From Antedon mediterranea (Eukaryota; Animalia; Echinodermata), in contig NC_092670.1 of the NCBI RefSeq assembly GCF_964355755.1, forward strand, positions 40,288,388 to 40,352,387: a stretch of 64,000 nt of DNA, written 5' to 3'. Each line of letters begins with the position of its first letter. Within the stretch, counting starts at the first letter, position 1. The notes below the pieces were generated by a model. It saw nothing but the letters and a program-made list of their open reading frames with translations. It was not told the origin of the DNA and made no database searches. Made by a program: the position numbers and the translations under genes. This document shows positions 37,858 through 52,309 of the stretch, in pieces.

Positions 37858-40800
37858 ATGGATTGCAGAATGTTAGTAATTGGCTGTATGTTGGTTGTGA
37901 TGGCTGCTGCCTGCTGCCCAGAAGATGATTGTGGATGCTCTTCTAGAAGTAAGTAGAATGACTCTATACAGCTGGTAAGAAACGGGTCAGAAGAGTAGAG
38001 ATGGTACAAACTGTAAAAAGACAAATGTGTCATCTATTGGACATCTATTACAATGCTTTAATTCTAAATCTTACCTCTTGCATTTTTTAAATAAAAATGT
38101 TTAAAGTATACAATGGATCTATTAAAAACTATCTTGTATAATTTAATAAACGATATTACTAAATAATTAGAGAGAAAACAGGAACAATTGTAAGGAGTAC
38201 AAAGTTGACGAAAGTACCAAACTATATAGTAAATACATGAAAGTTATTTTCTAGTGTTAAAAAATTGATTTATTTTGTATATTTAGAGAAGGGATTTATG
38301 CAGGATTGTAGTAAAATTTTGGAGAACGATCCTTCTGCTAAAAGTGGTGATTATTTGATACAGCCACACGATGAACAACCTGAGTTTATGGTCTACTGTG
38401 ACATGAGGAAAGATTGCGGATGGACAGTAAGTATAAGCAATGACATGACAATGACATGAATTCATCTACTGCTGGTTCACTTTAATATTCGCATGTTACT
38501 CGTTTTTGGAACAAATTGCCTTGTGAAATTTATAATTTCAATTTGTCTATAAGTTCTTTTAAAGTAAACTACATAATTATAACAGTACTGGTTTTTATTG
38601 AAATGTTGAAAATGTTTGCAGTTGGTCAATTCAACTCAATCAATAAGTTGTTTTTAGTTGCACCCGTTTGGTCTTTCCCTGTTTTTTTAAGATTTGTTTG
38701 TTTTGATTTTGACTGTTGTGTACAACTGTAATTCCTTTGTTTTTTTGTCTTTATCAGGTGATACAAAGAAGAGAAGATGGATTGGTCGATTTCTACCGTG
38801 ATTGGACAGAATACAAAAAAGGTTTTGGAAACGTGAACTCAGAATTCTGGCTTGGTAATGAACAGATACACCGTATAACATTTGATGGCAGTTTTGAGCT
38901 CTTAGTAGAGATGACTGACCACTTGGATGAAATGAAGATCGCAAGATATTCTCACTTTCGTATTGGTACTGAGGACTCTAAGTATACTTTGAAATTCAGT
39001 GGATACACAGGAACTGCAGGTTAGTACATTCAATCAAATTTTTACACTAAAAACTCATTTCAAGTAAACAAAGAACATTATTATTTTTCATTGTAGGCCA
39101 GCTACACCTTCCTGCCTTGCAATAGAAATAGACTAACACACACTGTGCGCTTTTTTGTTTGTTGCATTTATCACTTTATATATTTGATTTGATTTATTTC
39201 GAAATATCCATAAAAATATATACATACAATACAATTTAATAAAACAAGAGACGACTAGAAACAAATAAACTTACATTAAACAAAAAAATGGATATAACAA
39301 GGATAACACAAAAAGTTAAAATTAATTAAACTTATTTCCATTGTGGTCCTTTAAATAAATAATCAAAACTACCATACACACAAAATACATACAAAAATAT
39401 AATTAAACATCACAAATAAGGAGTCTATTGAAAATATAATTGATAAGTCTGTGAATTAAATTATATAGATTGATCTGCTGCTTTTAAAATGTTGAAATAG
39501 TGGTTCTTAACGTTACGTTTAAATATCCATAGACTTCTTGATTCAATCGGATTTCTTGTGGTAGAGCATTCCATATTTTACTTCCACTGTAAGTAAAAGA
39601 ATTTCTTCCAGAACCATAGACCCTTGGAACTTCTAATAAATTATGAGAATTTCTTAATCTGTGATTATTAATTTTAAAGGATAGACTTTGTGTCAAGTAG
39701 TCAGGTCGCCATATAATAACTAATTATAATACTGAGTTAAATGATAAGAACATTGACTGGAATAATTTGTTTAAACAAGCTTACAGCCCAGTTAACATAC
39801 CTTTATTTGGATTTTCGACATGTAATACATATGTTCTCATCAGAAGAATCCATGTTGTATCTAATTTTGTACCAGCATGTATAAACAATTTTTATCATAC
39901 TCTTTCATTTTCATTGTTGTATCTAATTATGTACCAGCATGTATAAACGTTTTTTATCATAGTCTTTCATTTTCATTGTTGTTTTTGGAAATCAGTACAT
40001 TTGTATTGAAAGTATACTTGAGTTAAAAGTAAGAATAATTAAGATACAGCAGATGGAAAATAACATAAAATTACAAATGCAATAATTAAAAACATTTTTA
40101 TTCTTTCATTTTCATTAATGTTTTAACATATCCAATGTATTAATGTTTTAGTAATGTCAAGTTTATCATTGTATTTTCATAGTTGTATTTTATGTTGTGT
40201 GTAATATGATTAAATGTGGGTCATCCCTATTAAATGTGGGTCATCCCTATTAAATGTGGGTCATCCCTATTAAATGTGGGTCATCCCTATTAAATGTGGG
40301 TCATCCCTATTAAATGTGGGTCATCCCTATTAAATGTGGGTCATCCCTATTAAATGTGGGTCATCCCTATTAAATGTGGGTCATCCCTATTAAATGTGGG
40401 TCATCCCTATTAAATGTGGGTCATCCCTATTAAATGTGGGTCATCCCTATTAAATGTGGGTCATCCCCATTAAATGTGGATCATCCCCATTAAATGTGGG
40501 TCATCCCCATTAAATGTGGGTCATCCCTTTTAAATGTGGGTCATCCCTATTAAATGTGGGTCATCCCTATTAAATGTGGGTCATCCCTATTAAATGTGGG
40601 TCATCCCTATTAAATGTGGGTCATCCCTATTAAATGTGGGTCATCCCTATTAAATGTGGGTCATCCCCATTAAATGTGGGTCATCCCCATTAAATGTGGG
40701 TCATCCCCATTAAATGTGGGTCATCCCCATTAAATGTGGGTCATCCCTATTAAATGTGGGTCATCCCCATTAAATGTGGGTCATCCCCATTAAATGTGGG

Positions 40801-42386
40801 TCATCCCTATTAAATGTGGGTCATCCCCATTAAATGTGGGTCATCCCTATTAAATGTGGGTCATCCCTATTAAATGTGGGTCATCCCTATTAAATGTGGG
40901 TCATCCCTATTAAATGTGGGTCATCCCCATTAAATGTGGGTCATCCCTATTAAATGTGGGTCATCCCCATTAAATGTGGGTCATCCCTATTAAATGTGGG
41001 TCATCCCTATTAAATGTGGGTCATCCCCATTAAATGTGGGTCATCCCTATTAAATGTGGGTCATCCCTATTAAATGTGGGTCATCCCCATTAAATGTGGG
41101 TCATCCCCATTAAATGTGGGTCATCCCCATTAAATGTGGGTCATCCCCATTAAATGTGGGTCATCCCCATTAAATGTGGGTCATCCCCATTAAATGTGGG
41201 TCATCCCCATTAAATGTGGGTCATCCCCATTAAATGTGGGTCATCCCCATTAAATGTGGGTCATCCCCATTAAATGTGGGTCATCCCCATTAAATGTGGG
41301 TCATCCCCATTAAATGTGGGTCATCCCCATTAAATGTGGGTCATCCCCATTAAATGTGGGTCATCCCCATTAAATGTGGGTCATCCCTATTAAAAGTGGG
41401 TCATCCCCATTAAATGTGGGTCATCCCCATTAAATGTGGGTCATCCCCATTAAATGTGGGTCATCCCCATTAAATGTGGGTCATCCCCATTAAATGTGGG
41501 TCATCCCCATTAAATGTGGATCATCCCCATTAAATGTGGGTCATCCCTATTAAATATGGGTCATCCCCATTAAATGTGGGTCATCCCCATTAAATGTGGG
41601 TCATCCCTATTAAATGTGGGTCATCCCCATTAAATGTGGGTCATCCCTATTAAATGTGGGTCATCCCTATTAAATGTGGGTCATCCCCATTAAATGTGGG
41701 TCATCCCTATTAAATGTGGGTCATCCCCATTAAATGTGGGTCATCCCCATTAAATGTGGGTCATCCCTATTAAATGTGGGTCATCCCCATTAAATGTGGG
41801 TCATCCCTATTAAATGTGGGTCATCCCTATTAAATGTGGGTCATCCCCATTAAAAAGAAAAGAAATATATAATAAGCAAACATTGAATGACCAACAAAAT
41901 ATTATTATATAGTAAAATAAATAACCATATGTATAATGTATAGAATATAAGAAGCCCAATAACAAGAACACTGAAAAAAATTGTTATGATTTAAAACAAA
42001 ATGAGAATCCCCTAAAACAGGATGTAAACTTAAAAACATTTCACATCGCATATACAGTATTTATTTTCTCCATTCTATTAAACAAACTGCATGTATGCAG
42101 TAAACTAAAGATGATATATTTTGTTTGTTTAGGTGATTCTTTGACATACAACAATGGTGGACAATTTACAACGTATGATAGAGACAATGATAAGTGGAGT
42201 GGTATTAACTGTGCTGCTGACTATAACAAAGGTGCTTGGTGGTACAAGAACTGTGGTTATTCAAACCTGAATGGGCTTTACCTTACACCAGGATCTACTT
42301 CTGGTTGGACTGGCATATTTTGGTATCATTTCAAGAATACAGAGAGTCTCAAGAAGACAGTGATGATGGTTAAAAGAGCACCATAA
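37858..42386 (+). CDS. FReD lectin, copy G5, 248 aa; exons 37858-37948, 38287-38426, 38758-39019, 42133-42386
   Basis: Canonical splice sites and open frame; DCGWT replaces DGGWT; intron 2 and exon 3 are divergent from the other copies. Confidence 0.9.
39183..39710 (-). mobile_element. CR1/L2-group LINE 3' fragment in G5 intron 3
   Basis: ORF end PDYL...H.LRN...L.VPR....GRNSF.YSG.KIWN.LP..IR; (AAATC)n-like tail; ATATA flanking duplication. Confidence 0.75.
40209..41850. repeat. 20-bp minisatellite, ~82 copies, G5 intron 3
   Basis: GGG variant with interspersed CCCTAT/CCCCAT units. Confidence 0.95.
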
Positions 42387-44695
42387 GAGATTTTTCACTA
42401 TCACTAGTAATTTGACTGGCAAATGTTTAATTTTTTTCAAGATGTAGTGAGGTCAACAATTCTGTTTGCCTATCCTTTTTTAGTGTTGTATTAATGAATT
42501 TAATTTAATAATGAAAACTTGAATTTGGTGCAATTTTCATAACTTTTTGTCTCTGAAAAACAAATATATAAAAGTTTTAACATATGAAAATAAATTTAAT
42601 TTGAACTGTAATTTTCTTAAATTATTATTAATCACATACAGTACCTATTTATATTTTGTTTATGATAATTTATTATTATTATATAATTATTATAATTATA
42701 TTATCAGAATTGTTAAAAATCATATGTATTATTGATACTAATTTTACAAATTAATAAAACGATATCTGCAGAAGATCCTTATAGATAACTTGTGCTACGA
42801 TACAATTACAATCAGAAATCTTCTGAAAACTAAATACTGTAACACTAAAACCATACTATTTGCTCGCTAAAAACCATACAATAGTGACCAAAAACATATC
42901 AAGCATATTTTTGGACAAGATGGGCATCATTGGCAGGAACAAAACTGTACTGTTATTGTTGAAAGAATTAAAATTAATTAAACTACAATGAAATGTGTAT
43001 GATCTATTAATTATATCTCTTATTTTATTGGTCTTGAGAATATTGTACAGGAAACAGCTAATAGATACTAAGCAAAAATAAGGTTTATGAGTTTTACACT
43101 TCCAAGCCAGTATTGTACTTTTACAAAAAAAAACACCAACAAATGCAAACTCCAATTTAGAGTACAAACACTTTTGGCTACATAACTGTCTTGCTGCTAT
43201 ATTAGTCAATCTATCCCAAATGATTTGTGATCTTGGAGGAATCACGAACGTCATGCACCTTACACAACATTTTCTTTCTTTATGCAACAGTTGTGTTGGT
43301 CATTTGTTATCTACAATATCAATAGTTGATCATAAAATAAGAAAACAACCCAAATATCCAAACAATTTTGAAATAAAATAAAATGTTGTATTCTTGATTA
43401 TCATTATTTTAGTTATGCTGCCCTCTATGCAGAAAACTGCTTCGCCAATGCCCATCAATATTAAAGTAAGTAAATCAATAACAAAGTCAAGGCTGTCATA
43501 TCTGTGCAGAGCTGACAGGAAACTCAATGTACATCCTCATCTAAAATAAAGGAATAACGTGTGCGATCCGATGAATCTAATCTAATGAATGTAGAAAATA
43601 ATTAAAAAATCAAACCAAACTTGTAAATGACATCAACAATTAATGTTGGATCTACTTTAAAAAACTATTAGAATTAAACAATCTATACACATACCAAGTA
43701 AGTGCATATATGTTCACTAAATACCAAGTTATTAGAAAAAAAATTTCCTACACACATTTTGCATATTTTCCGTATTATTCGTAACTACACTTGACTATAT
43801 GGACAACATGGGGACAGAGAAACTAGTAAAAAGAGACTGTACCTTGAAATTAGTAGTTCAGTAGTTACATAGCTTATCACAAAAAACCAATTACTAAAGT
43901 GTTTAATCTCATTCACGAACCAGTTAGCTACTACAAATAAAAAATAATAAAAACCACAAATATCCACTTCTGTCTTGAACAATAGCAAATACTAAGTGTT
44001 TCATCTCATTCACGAATCAATTAGTAGTTAGGAAAATCCTATCCTGTCTTATGTTTTCACAAAAAGAGTTTCATCTCATTCACGAATCAATTAGCTAAAC
44101 AAATTATCAAAAATATTTAAACAAACTTATACGATATTCAAATATTGTTCAGCATAATGCAATTTGTAACATTCAGATAACATAAATAAACCTTTTAGTT
44201 GAATAGTTTTGGTTAGAAAACATCTGGGTTGTTTTCCAACCAATCTCCATAAAAGAGATGTGTTCCAACATTGCATTGTCAGATAGATTCATCTTTCAGC
44301 TGAAGTGTAGAGAACATTGAACATACAGTTGTAAGTATTACACTTCTATTGGTACATTAATTAAGTCTATTGACAACTTAAAATTCTAAAAAGGTCGAAA
44401 GATACACTGGAATATTTGTGACTTTCTAAAGCTTGTGATTGGTTAAAATCAGTATTCTCTTGAAAAGATAATGAATTGGAAAATAACAACAATTTCTCTT
44501 GTATGTAACAATGGTGGTATCATTTTATTTACAGTACTATTCACTTGGGCTTTATAAATCCCATATTATAAGGTTTATGTCAAACGTGAGTTTGAAACAA
44601 AACAAATATTAATATTTTTATCGTTCACATTGTGATTCTCACCATGATGTTATTACCAAAAACAATGAAATTTCAAATAATTTTAAGCGTTTTTT

Positions 44696-45533
44696 ATATC
44701 AAAATATACATCACTTAATATATATTCACTATTGCCATTAGAACATCACAAAATAAAATATACTAATATACCACCAGTAAATAAAACTGGTGGGGTAAAA
44801 ACAATACTAGAACACTAGTATTGTGTCGGAATCATATTTATTATATTGTTATTATTTAACAATTGTGTGACATTTTTAAATTGCTAAAATAATATTTTTT
44901 ACTTTTTCCCATTTTTTTATGCCTTTCTCTCTTATAAACTATATCACATTCTATTCTGAATAGAATTCCTTGTTTAAAAGATTTCCATAAATTAAAATAA
45001 CTTTTATTTGTAACATCAGCCAGTATCTTTTTGTTTATAAACCGTGAAAGCAGCAAAGGTATAAAATCAGTAAGAATATTTCTTGTTCCAATTACCAGAT
45101 TTTGAAAAGACATGTTTTATGATTGGTACCTTTAAACCAATCTCTATTTTTGTCCAAAAACCTTCAATAAATTTACAAGAAAAAAACATATGCTCCTCAT
45201 CTTGTACCTCTCCACATCTACCACATATTATTAGTATCCTTTAGTTTCCATATAAACAACCTTTTGTTGGTTGCTAAAATTCTATTTAAAAATTTGTAAT
45301 TAAAATTGTATTAATTTTTTATTTTTCATTTTACAAACATTAGATAACCAACATGGCTTCCAATCAATCTTCACATTATCAAAATATTTTTCCTATTTTC
45401 TTTGACAAACCGGAGGGACAAAAATGTCCTCCACAAAACAGATATAAATACTCTTTGTTGTAATGTCCTTATATCTATTCTTAACTATATTTTCTGTTAT
45501 ATTATAATAACAATTATTCTCGTATTTGATTAT
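44696..45533 (-). mobile_element. Partial copy of the same L1/Tx1-like fragment
   Basis: Near-identical to ~415-1070 and to 53553-54549; its 3' tail is replaced by spacer sequence. Confidence 0.75.
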
Positions 45534-45687
45534 AGCATTACATTTCTATTGGTATATTAATTAAGTCTATTGACAACTTAAAATTTAAAATGCGAAAAAT
45601 ACACTGGAATTTCTGTGACTTTCTAAAGCTTGTGATTGGTTAAAATCAGTATTCTCTTGAAAAGATAATGAATTGGAAAATAACAAT

Positions 45688-46179
45688 AAGTGCCTAAATG
45701 GACATGCACCACCCTATTTATCAACTCAATTTATATTTACTGAAGATAGTCACAATAAAGGTACACGAAGTCAAAGTAACAACACTTTGATAATACCTAA
45801 ATGGAATAATACTCAAGGTAAAAGAACTTTTAATTACAAATCTACAAAATTATGGAACTTTCTACCTAACAAAATAAAAAATGATCTTTATGATATGACA
45901 GTATCAACTTTCAAATCACAAAATTCAAAACTAAATCTAATTAATGCTCAATGATTAAAACTTCTTTTATCTTGTTTAAAAATCTCAATTATTTCTGTTT
46001 TTACCTTTAAATGTGCTTATACTTTAATTGTGTTAATTTGATTTTGACAATATTAGGTTTAATTTTATATTTTCTTTTGTCAATTTACATGCTGTATTTT
46101 ATTTACTGAACCACTTTGGAAATCAGTACATTGTATTGAAAGTGTATTTTAGAATAAAGAAAGACTAAATAAATAAATA
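45688..46179 (+). mobile_element. CR1/L2-group LINE 3' fragment
   Basis: KCLNGHAPPYL...H...TRS.....L..PK.....GKRTF.Y....LWN.LP; (TAAA)n tail; TSD AACAAT. Confidence 0.78.
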
Positions 46180-46823
46180 AACAATGATATTTCTCTTGTA
46201 TGTAACAATGATGGATATCATTTAATTAACAGTACCATTCACTTGGGCTTTAAAAAAAACCATAAGGCTTATCTCAAACGTGAGTTTAAAACAAAACAAA
46301 TATTAATATTTTTATCGTTCACATTTTGATTCTCATCCTGTTGTTATTACCAAAAACAATAAAATTTTAAATAATTTTAATCGTTTTATGCATTTCATCG
46401 TATTTTAAATTTTAACTTCCAAATTGTATTTACTTTTTGAACTTCAACTTATTAAGCTTTATATGCATTTTAACTTCTAAATTGTATCTTTTTAAGTTTT
46501 TGTGCAATAATGTGAGTGTATTCTATTTTTTTAATGTTTGTTTATATTTTATATATATCTGTTTTTAATTGTACTAATAAATATTTGCCAATCTTTAAGA
46601 AGAATGATAATGGACAAATACAGCTATTCAGTATTCAGTCTGCCAAAATATGCCTAACTTTCTAAAAAAATACAATTTTGTGTTTTATCAAATTATGATA
46701 GAAAATAAAGGAAAATTCTCATCAACTATCTTCAATTTAAGATATAAGAATTGCTATAACATTTGTTGTTTGCTCTTCTGTTTAAGTTATATTTTGTGAA
46801 AGAGCTTTCAAGTGTGATACAGA

Positions 46824-49800
46824 ATGGATTTCAGAATGTTAGTAATTGGTTGTATGTTGGTTGTGATGGCTGCTGCCTGCTGCCCTGAAGATGATTGTGG
46901 ATGCCCTTCTAGAAGTAAGTAGCATGACTCTAAACAGCTGGTAAGAAACGGGTCAGAAGAGTAGAAATGGTACAAACTGTAAAAAGACAAATGTGTCATC
47001 TATTGGACATCTATTACAACGCTTTAATTCTAAATCTTACCTCTTGCATTTTTTAAATAAAAATGTTTAAAGTATACAATGGATCTAGTAAAAACTCTTG
47101 TATAATTTAATAAATGATATTACTAAATAATTAGAGAGAAAACAGGAACAATTGTAAGCAGTACAAAGTTGGCAAAAGTACCAAACTATATAGTAAATAA
47201 ATGAAAGTTATTTTCTAGTGTTAAAAAATTGATTTATTTTGTATATTTAGAGAAGTGTTTTTTAAGGGACTGTGGTGAAATTTTGGAAAATGATCCTTCT
47301 GCTCCAAGTGGCGATTATTTGATACAGCCACATGACGGAGAACCTGAGTTTATGGTCTACTGTAACATGAGGAAAGATGGCGGATGGACAGTATGTATAA
47401 AATTATAAAAAGTAAAAACCAGAGTATTCTATAATTATTCTTCACTATCAAATTACAGCTTTGATAAAGCTCACAAGATAAATTGTCCAAAATTAATGAG
47501 AGACAAAAAATAAATAACTTTAAATTTGTCACTCATTCAGTTTGAAATAGATTATGTGATATTTAGATTTTGATTGTTGTCTTTTTTATATTAGCTGTTG
47601 TGTAAGGTTTTTATTTTTTATCCCAGGTGATACAACGAAGAGAGGATGGTTCGGAAAATTTCTACCGCAATTGGGCAAACTACAAAAAGGGTTTTGGAAA
47701 TGTCCACTCAGAGTTCTGGCTTGGTAACGAAAATATTAACCGTATAACATTTGATGGACATTTTGAGCTCTTAGTAGAGATGACAGACCAGTTGGATGAA
47801 ATGAAGTTTGCAAGATATTCTCACTTTCTTATTGATACTGAGGATTCTAACTATGCTTTGACAATCAGTGGATACACAGGAACTGCAGGTTAGTACATTC
47901 AATCAATTTTAACACTAAAAACCCATTTCAAGTAAACTAACCTTAATATTTTTCTTTGTAGACCAGCTACACCTTTGTACCTTGCAATAGAAATAGACTA
48001 ACACACACTGTGCGCTTTTTTGTTGTTGCATTTTTCACTTTATATAATAACTGAATATAATACTGAGTTAAATGATAAGAACATTGACTGGGATAAATTG
48101 TTAAAACAAGCTTACAGCCCAGTTAACATACCTTAATTTGGATTTTCGACATGTAATACATATGTTCTCATCAGAAGAATCCCATGTTGTATCTAATTAT
48201 GTACCAGCATGTATAAATGTTGTTTATCATACTCTTTCATTTTCATTGTTGTTTTTGGAAATCAGTACATTTGTTTTGAAAGTATACTTGAGTTAAAAGA
48301 AAGAATAATTAAGATACAGTAGATGGAAAATAACATAAAATTACAAATGCAATATTTAAAAACATTTTGATTCTTTCATTTTCATTATTGTTTTAACATT
48401 CCCAATGTATTACTGTTTTAGTAATGTCAAGTTTATCATTGTATTTTCATAGTTGTATTTTATGTTGTGTGTAATATGATTAAATGTGAGTCATCCCTAT
48501 TAAATGTGAGTCATCCCTATTAAATGTGAGTCATCCCTATTAAATGTGAGTCATCCCTATTAAATGTGAGTCATCCCTATTAAATGTGAGTCATCCCTAT
48601 TAAATGTGAGTCATCCCTATTAAATGTGAGTCATCCCTATTAAATGTGGGTCATCCCTATTAAATGTGAGTCATCCCTATTAAATGTGAGTCATCCCTAT
48701 TAAATGTGAGTCATCCCTATTAAATGTGGGTCATCCCTATTAAATGTGGGTCATCCCTATTAAATGTGGGTCATCCCTATTAAATGTGGGTCATCCCTAT
48801 TAAATGTGAGTCATCCCTATTAAATGTGAGTCATCCCTATTAAATGTGAGTCATCCCCATTAAATGTGGGTCATCCCCATTAAATGTGGGTCATCCCCAT
48901 TAAATGTGAGTCATCCCCATTAAATGTGAGTCATCCCCATTAAATGTGAGTCATCCCTATTAAATGTGAGTCATCCCTATTAAATGTGAGTCATCCCTAT
49001 TAAATGTGAGTCATCCCTATTAAATGTGAGTCATCCCTATTAAATGTGAGTCATCCCTATTAAATGTGAGTCATCCCTATTAAATGTGAGTCATCCCTAT
49101 TAAATGTGAGTCATCCCTATTAAATGTGAGTCATCCCTATTAAATGTGAGTCATCCCTATTAAATGTGAGTCATCCCTATTAAATGTGAGTCATCCCTAT
49201 TAAATGTGAGTCATCCCTATTAAATGTGAGTCATCCCTATTAAATGTGAGTCATCCCTATTAAATGTGAGTCATCCCTATTAAATGTGAGTCATCCCTAT
49301 TAAATGTGAGTCATCCCTATTAAATGTGAGTCATCCCTATTAAATGTGAGTCATCCCTATTAAATGTGAGTCATCCCTATTAAATGTGAGTCATCCCTAT
49401 TAAATGTGAGTCATCCCTATTAAATGTGAGTCATCCCTATTAAATGTGAGTCATCCCTATTAAATGTGAGTCATCCCTATTAAATGTGGGTCATCCCTAT
49501 TAAATGTGAGTCATCCCTATTAAATGTGAGTCATCCCTATTAAATGTGAGTCATCCCTATTAAATGTGAGTCATCCCTATTAAATGTGAGTCATCCCTAT
49601 TAAATGTGGGTCATCCCTATTAAATGTGAGTCATCCCTATTAAATGTGAGTCATCCCTATTAAATGTGAGTCATCCCTATTAAATGTGAGTCATCCCTAT
49701 TAAATGTGAGTCATCCCTATTAAATGTGAGTCATCCCTATTAAATGTGAGTCATCCCTATTAAATGTGAGTCATCCCTATTAAATGTGAGTCATCCCTAT

Positions 49801-50650
49801 TAAATGTGAGTCATCCCTATTAAATGTGAGTCATCCCTATTAAATGTGAGTCATCCCTATTAAATGTGAGTCATCCCTATTAAATGTGAGTCATCCCTAT
49901 TAAATGTGGGTCATCCCTATTAAATGTGAGTCATCCCTATTAAATGTGAGTCATCCCTATTAAATGTGAGTCATCCCTATTAAATGTGGGTCATCCCTAT
50001 TAAATGTGAGTCATCCCTATTAAATGTGAGTCATCCCCATTAAATGTGGGTCATCCCTATTAAATGTGGGTCATCCCCTAAAAAGAAAACAAAGTATAAT
50101 AATAAGCAAACATTGAATGACCAACAAAATATTATTATATAGTAAAATAAATATTGTATAATGTATAGAATATAAGAAGCCCAATAACAAGAACACTAGA
50201 TTTGAAAAAATTGTTATGATTTAAAACAAAATTAAAATCCCTGAAAACAGGATTTAAATGTAAAAACATAATTAATTAAAACACTCATTGGGTATATTGT
50301 ATCATTTTACATCACATATACAGTATTTATTTTCTCCATTCTATTAAATAAACTGTATGTATGCTGTAAACTTAAAGATGATATAATATTTTGTTTGTTT
50401 AGGTGATTCTTTGACATACCACAATGGTCAACAATTTTCAACATACGATAGAGACAATGATAAGTATAGTATTAACTGTGCTGAGTCTTGGAAAGGTGCT
50501 TGGTGGTACTATGCCTGTGCTTATTCAAACCTGAATGGGCTTTACCTTACACCAGGATCTTCTTCTTATACTGGCATATTTTGGTATCATTTCAAGGGAA
50601 CTAGTTACAGTCTCAAGAAGACAGTGATGATGGTTAAAAGAGCACCATAA
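46824..50650 (+). CDS. FReD lectin, copy G6, 246 aa; exons 46824-46914, 47251-47390, 47627-47888, 50403-50650
   Basis: Canonical splice sites and open frame with all FBG motifs (VYCNM variant). Confidence 0.92.
48479..50078. repeat. 20-bp minisatellite, ~80 copies, G6 intron 3
   Basis: Mostly the TAAATGTGAGTCATCCCTAT variant. Confidence 0.95.
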
Positions 50651-52309
50651 GAGATTTTTCACTATCACTAGTAATTTGACTGGCAAATATTTAATTTTTT
50701 TCAAGATGTAGTGAGGTCAACAATCCTGTTTGCCTATCCTTTTTTAGTGTTATATTAATTAATTTAATTTAATAATGAAAACTTGAATTTGGTGCAATTT
50801 TCATAACTTTTTGTCTCTGAAAAACAAATTTATAAATGTTTTAACATATGAAAATAAATTTAATTTGAACTGTAATTTTTCTTAAATTAATATTAATCAC
50901 ATATAGTACCTATTTATATTTTGTTTATGATAATTTATTATTATTATATAATTATTATAATTATATTATCAGAATTGTTAAAAATCATATGTATTATTGA
51001 TACTAATTTTACAAATTAATAAAACGATATCTGCAAAAGATCCTTATAGATAACTTGTGCTACGATACAATTACACACATCAGAAATCTTCTGAAAACGA
51101 AATACTGTAACTCTTTAAAAAAAACATACTATTTGCTCGCTAAAAACCATACAATAGTGACCAAAAACATATCAAGCATATTTTTGGACAAGATGGGCAT
51201 CATTGGCAGGAACAAAACTGTACTGTATTGTTGAAAGAATTAAAATTAATTAAACTACAATGAAATGTGTATGATCTATTAATTATATTTCTTATTTTAT
51301 TGGTCTTGAGAATATTGTACAGGAAACAGCTAATAGATACTAAGCAACAATAAGGTTTATGGGTTTACACTGCCAAGCCAATATTGTACTTTTACAACAA
51401 AAAAACACCAACAAATGCAAACTCCAATTTAGAGTACAAACTAACAAGAGGCTAACATAACTGTCTTGCTGCTATATTAGTCAATCTATCCCAAATGATT
51501 TGTGATCAATTATCTTGGAGGAATTACGAACTTCATACACCTTACACAACATTTTCTTTCTTTATGCAACAGTTGTGTTGGTCATTTATTATCCACAATA
51601 TCAATAATTTATCAAAAAATAAGAAAACGACCCGAATATCCAAACACATTTGAAATAAAATCAAATGTGGTATTCTTGATTATCATTATTTCAGTTATGC
51701 TGCCCTCTATGCAGAAAATTGCTTCGCCAAACATAATGCCCATCAATATTAAAGTAAGTAAATCAATAAAACAAAGTCAAGGCTGTAATAACTGTGCAGA
51801 GCTGACATGAGTTCAATAAGGAAACTCATTGTACATCCTCATCTAAAATAAAGGAATAACGTGTGCGATCCGATGTTATATAATGAATGTAGAAAATAAT
51901 TTTAAAAATCAAACCAAACTTGTAAATGACATCAACAATTAATGTTGGATCTACTTTAAAAAACTATTAGAATTAAACAATCTATACACATACTACTACT
52001 ACCAAGAAAATGCATACCTACTAGTACTAAATACCAAGTTATTACAATAAATGATCCCCTACACAAATTGTGCATATTTTCCGTATAATTCGCAAATATA
52101 CACTCGACTATAGACAAGAAAGAGACTGTGCCTGGAAATTAGTAGTTCAGTAGTTACATAGCTTATCACAAAAAAACAATTACTAAAGTGTTAAATCTCA
52201 TTCACGAACCAGTTAGCTACTACAAATAAAAAATATAAAAACCACAAATATCCACTTCTGTCTTCAACAACAATAGCAAATTACTAAGAGTTTTATCATT
52301 TCAAAAAAT

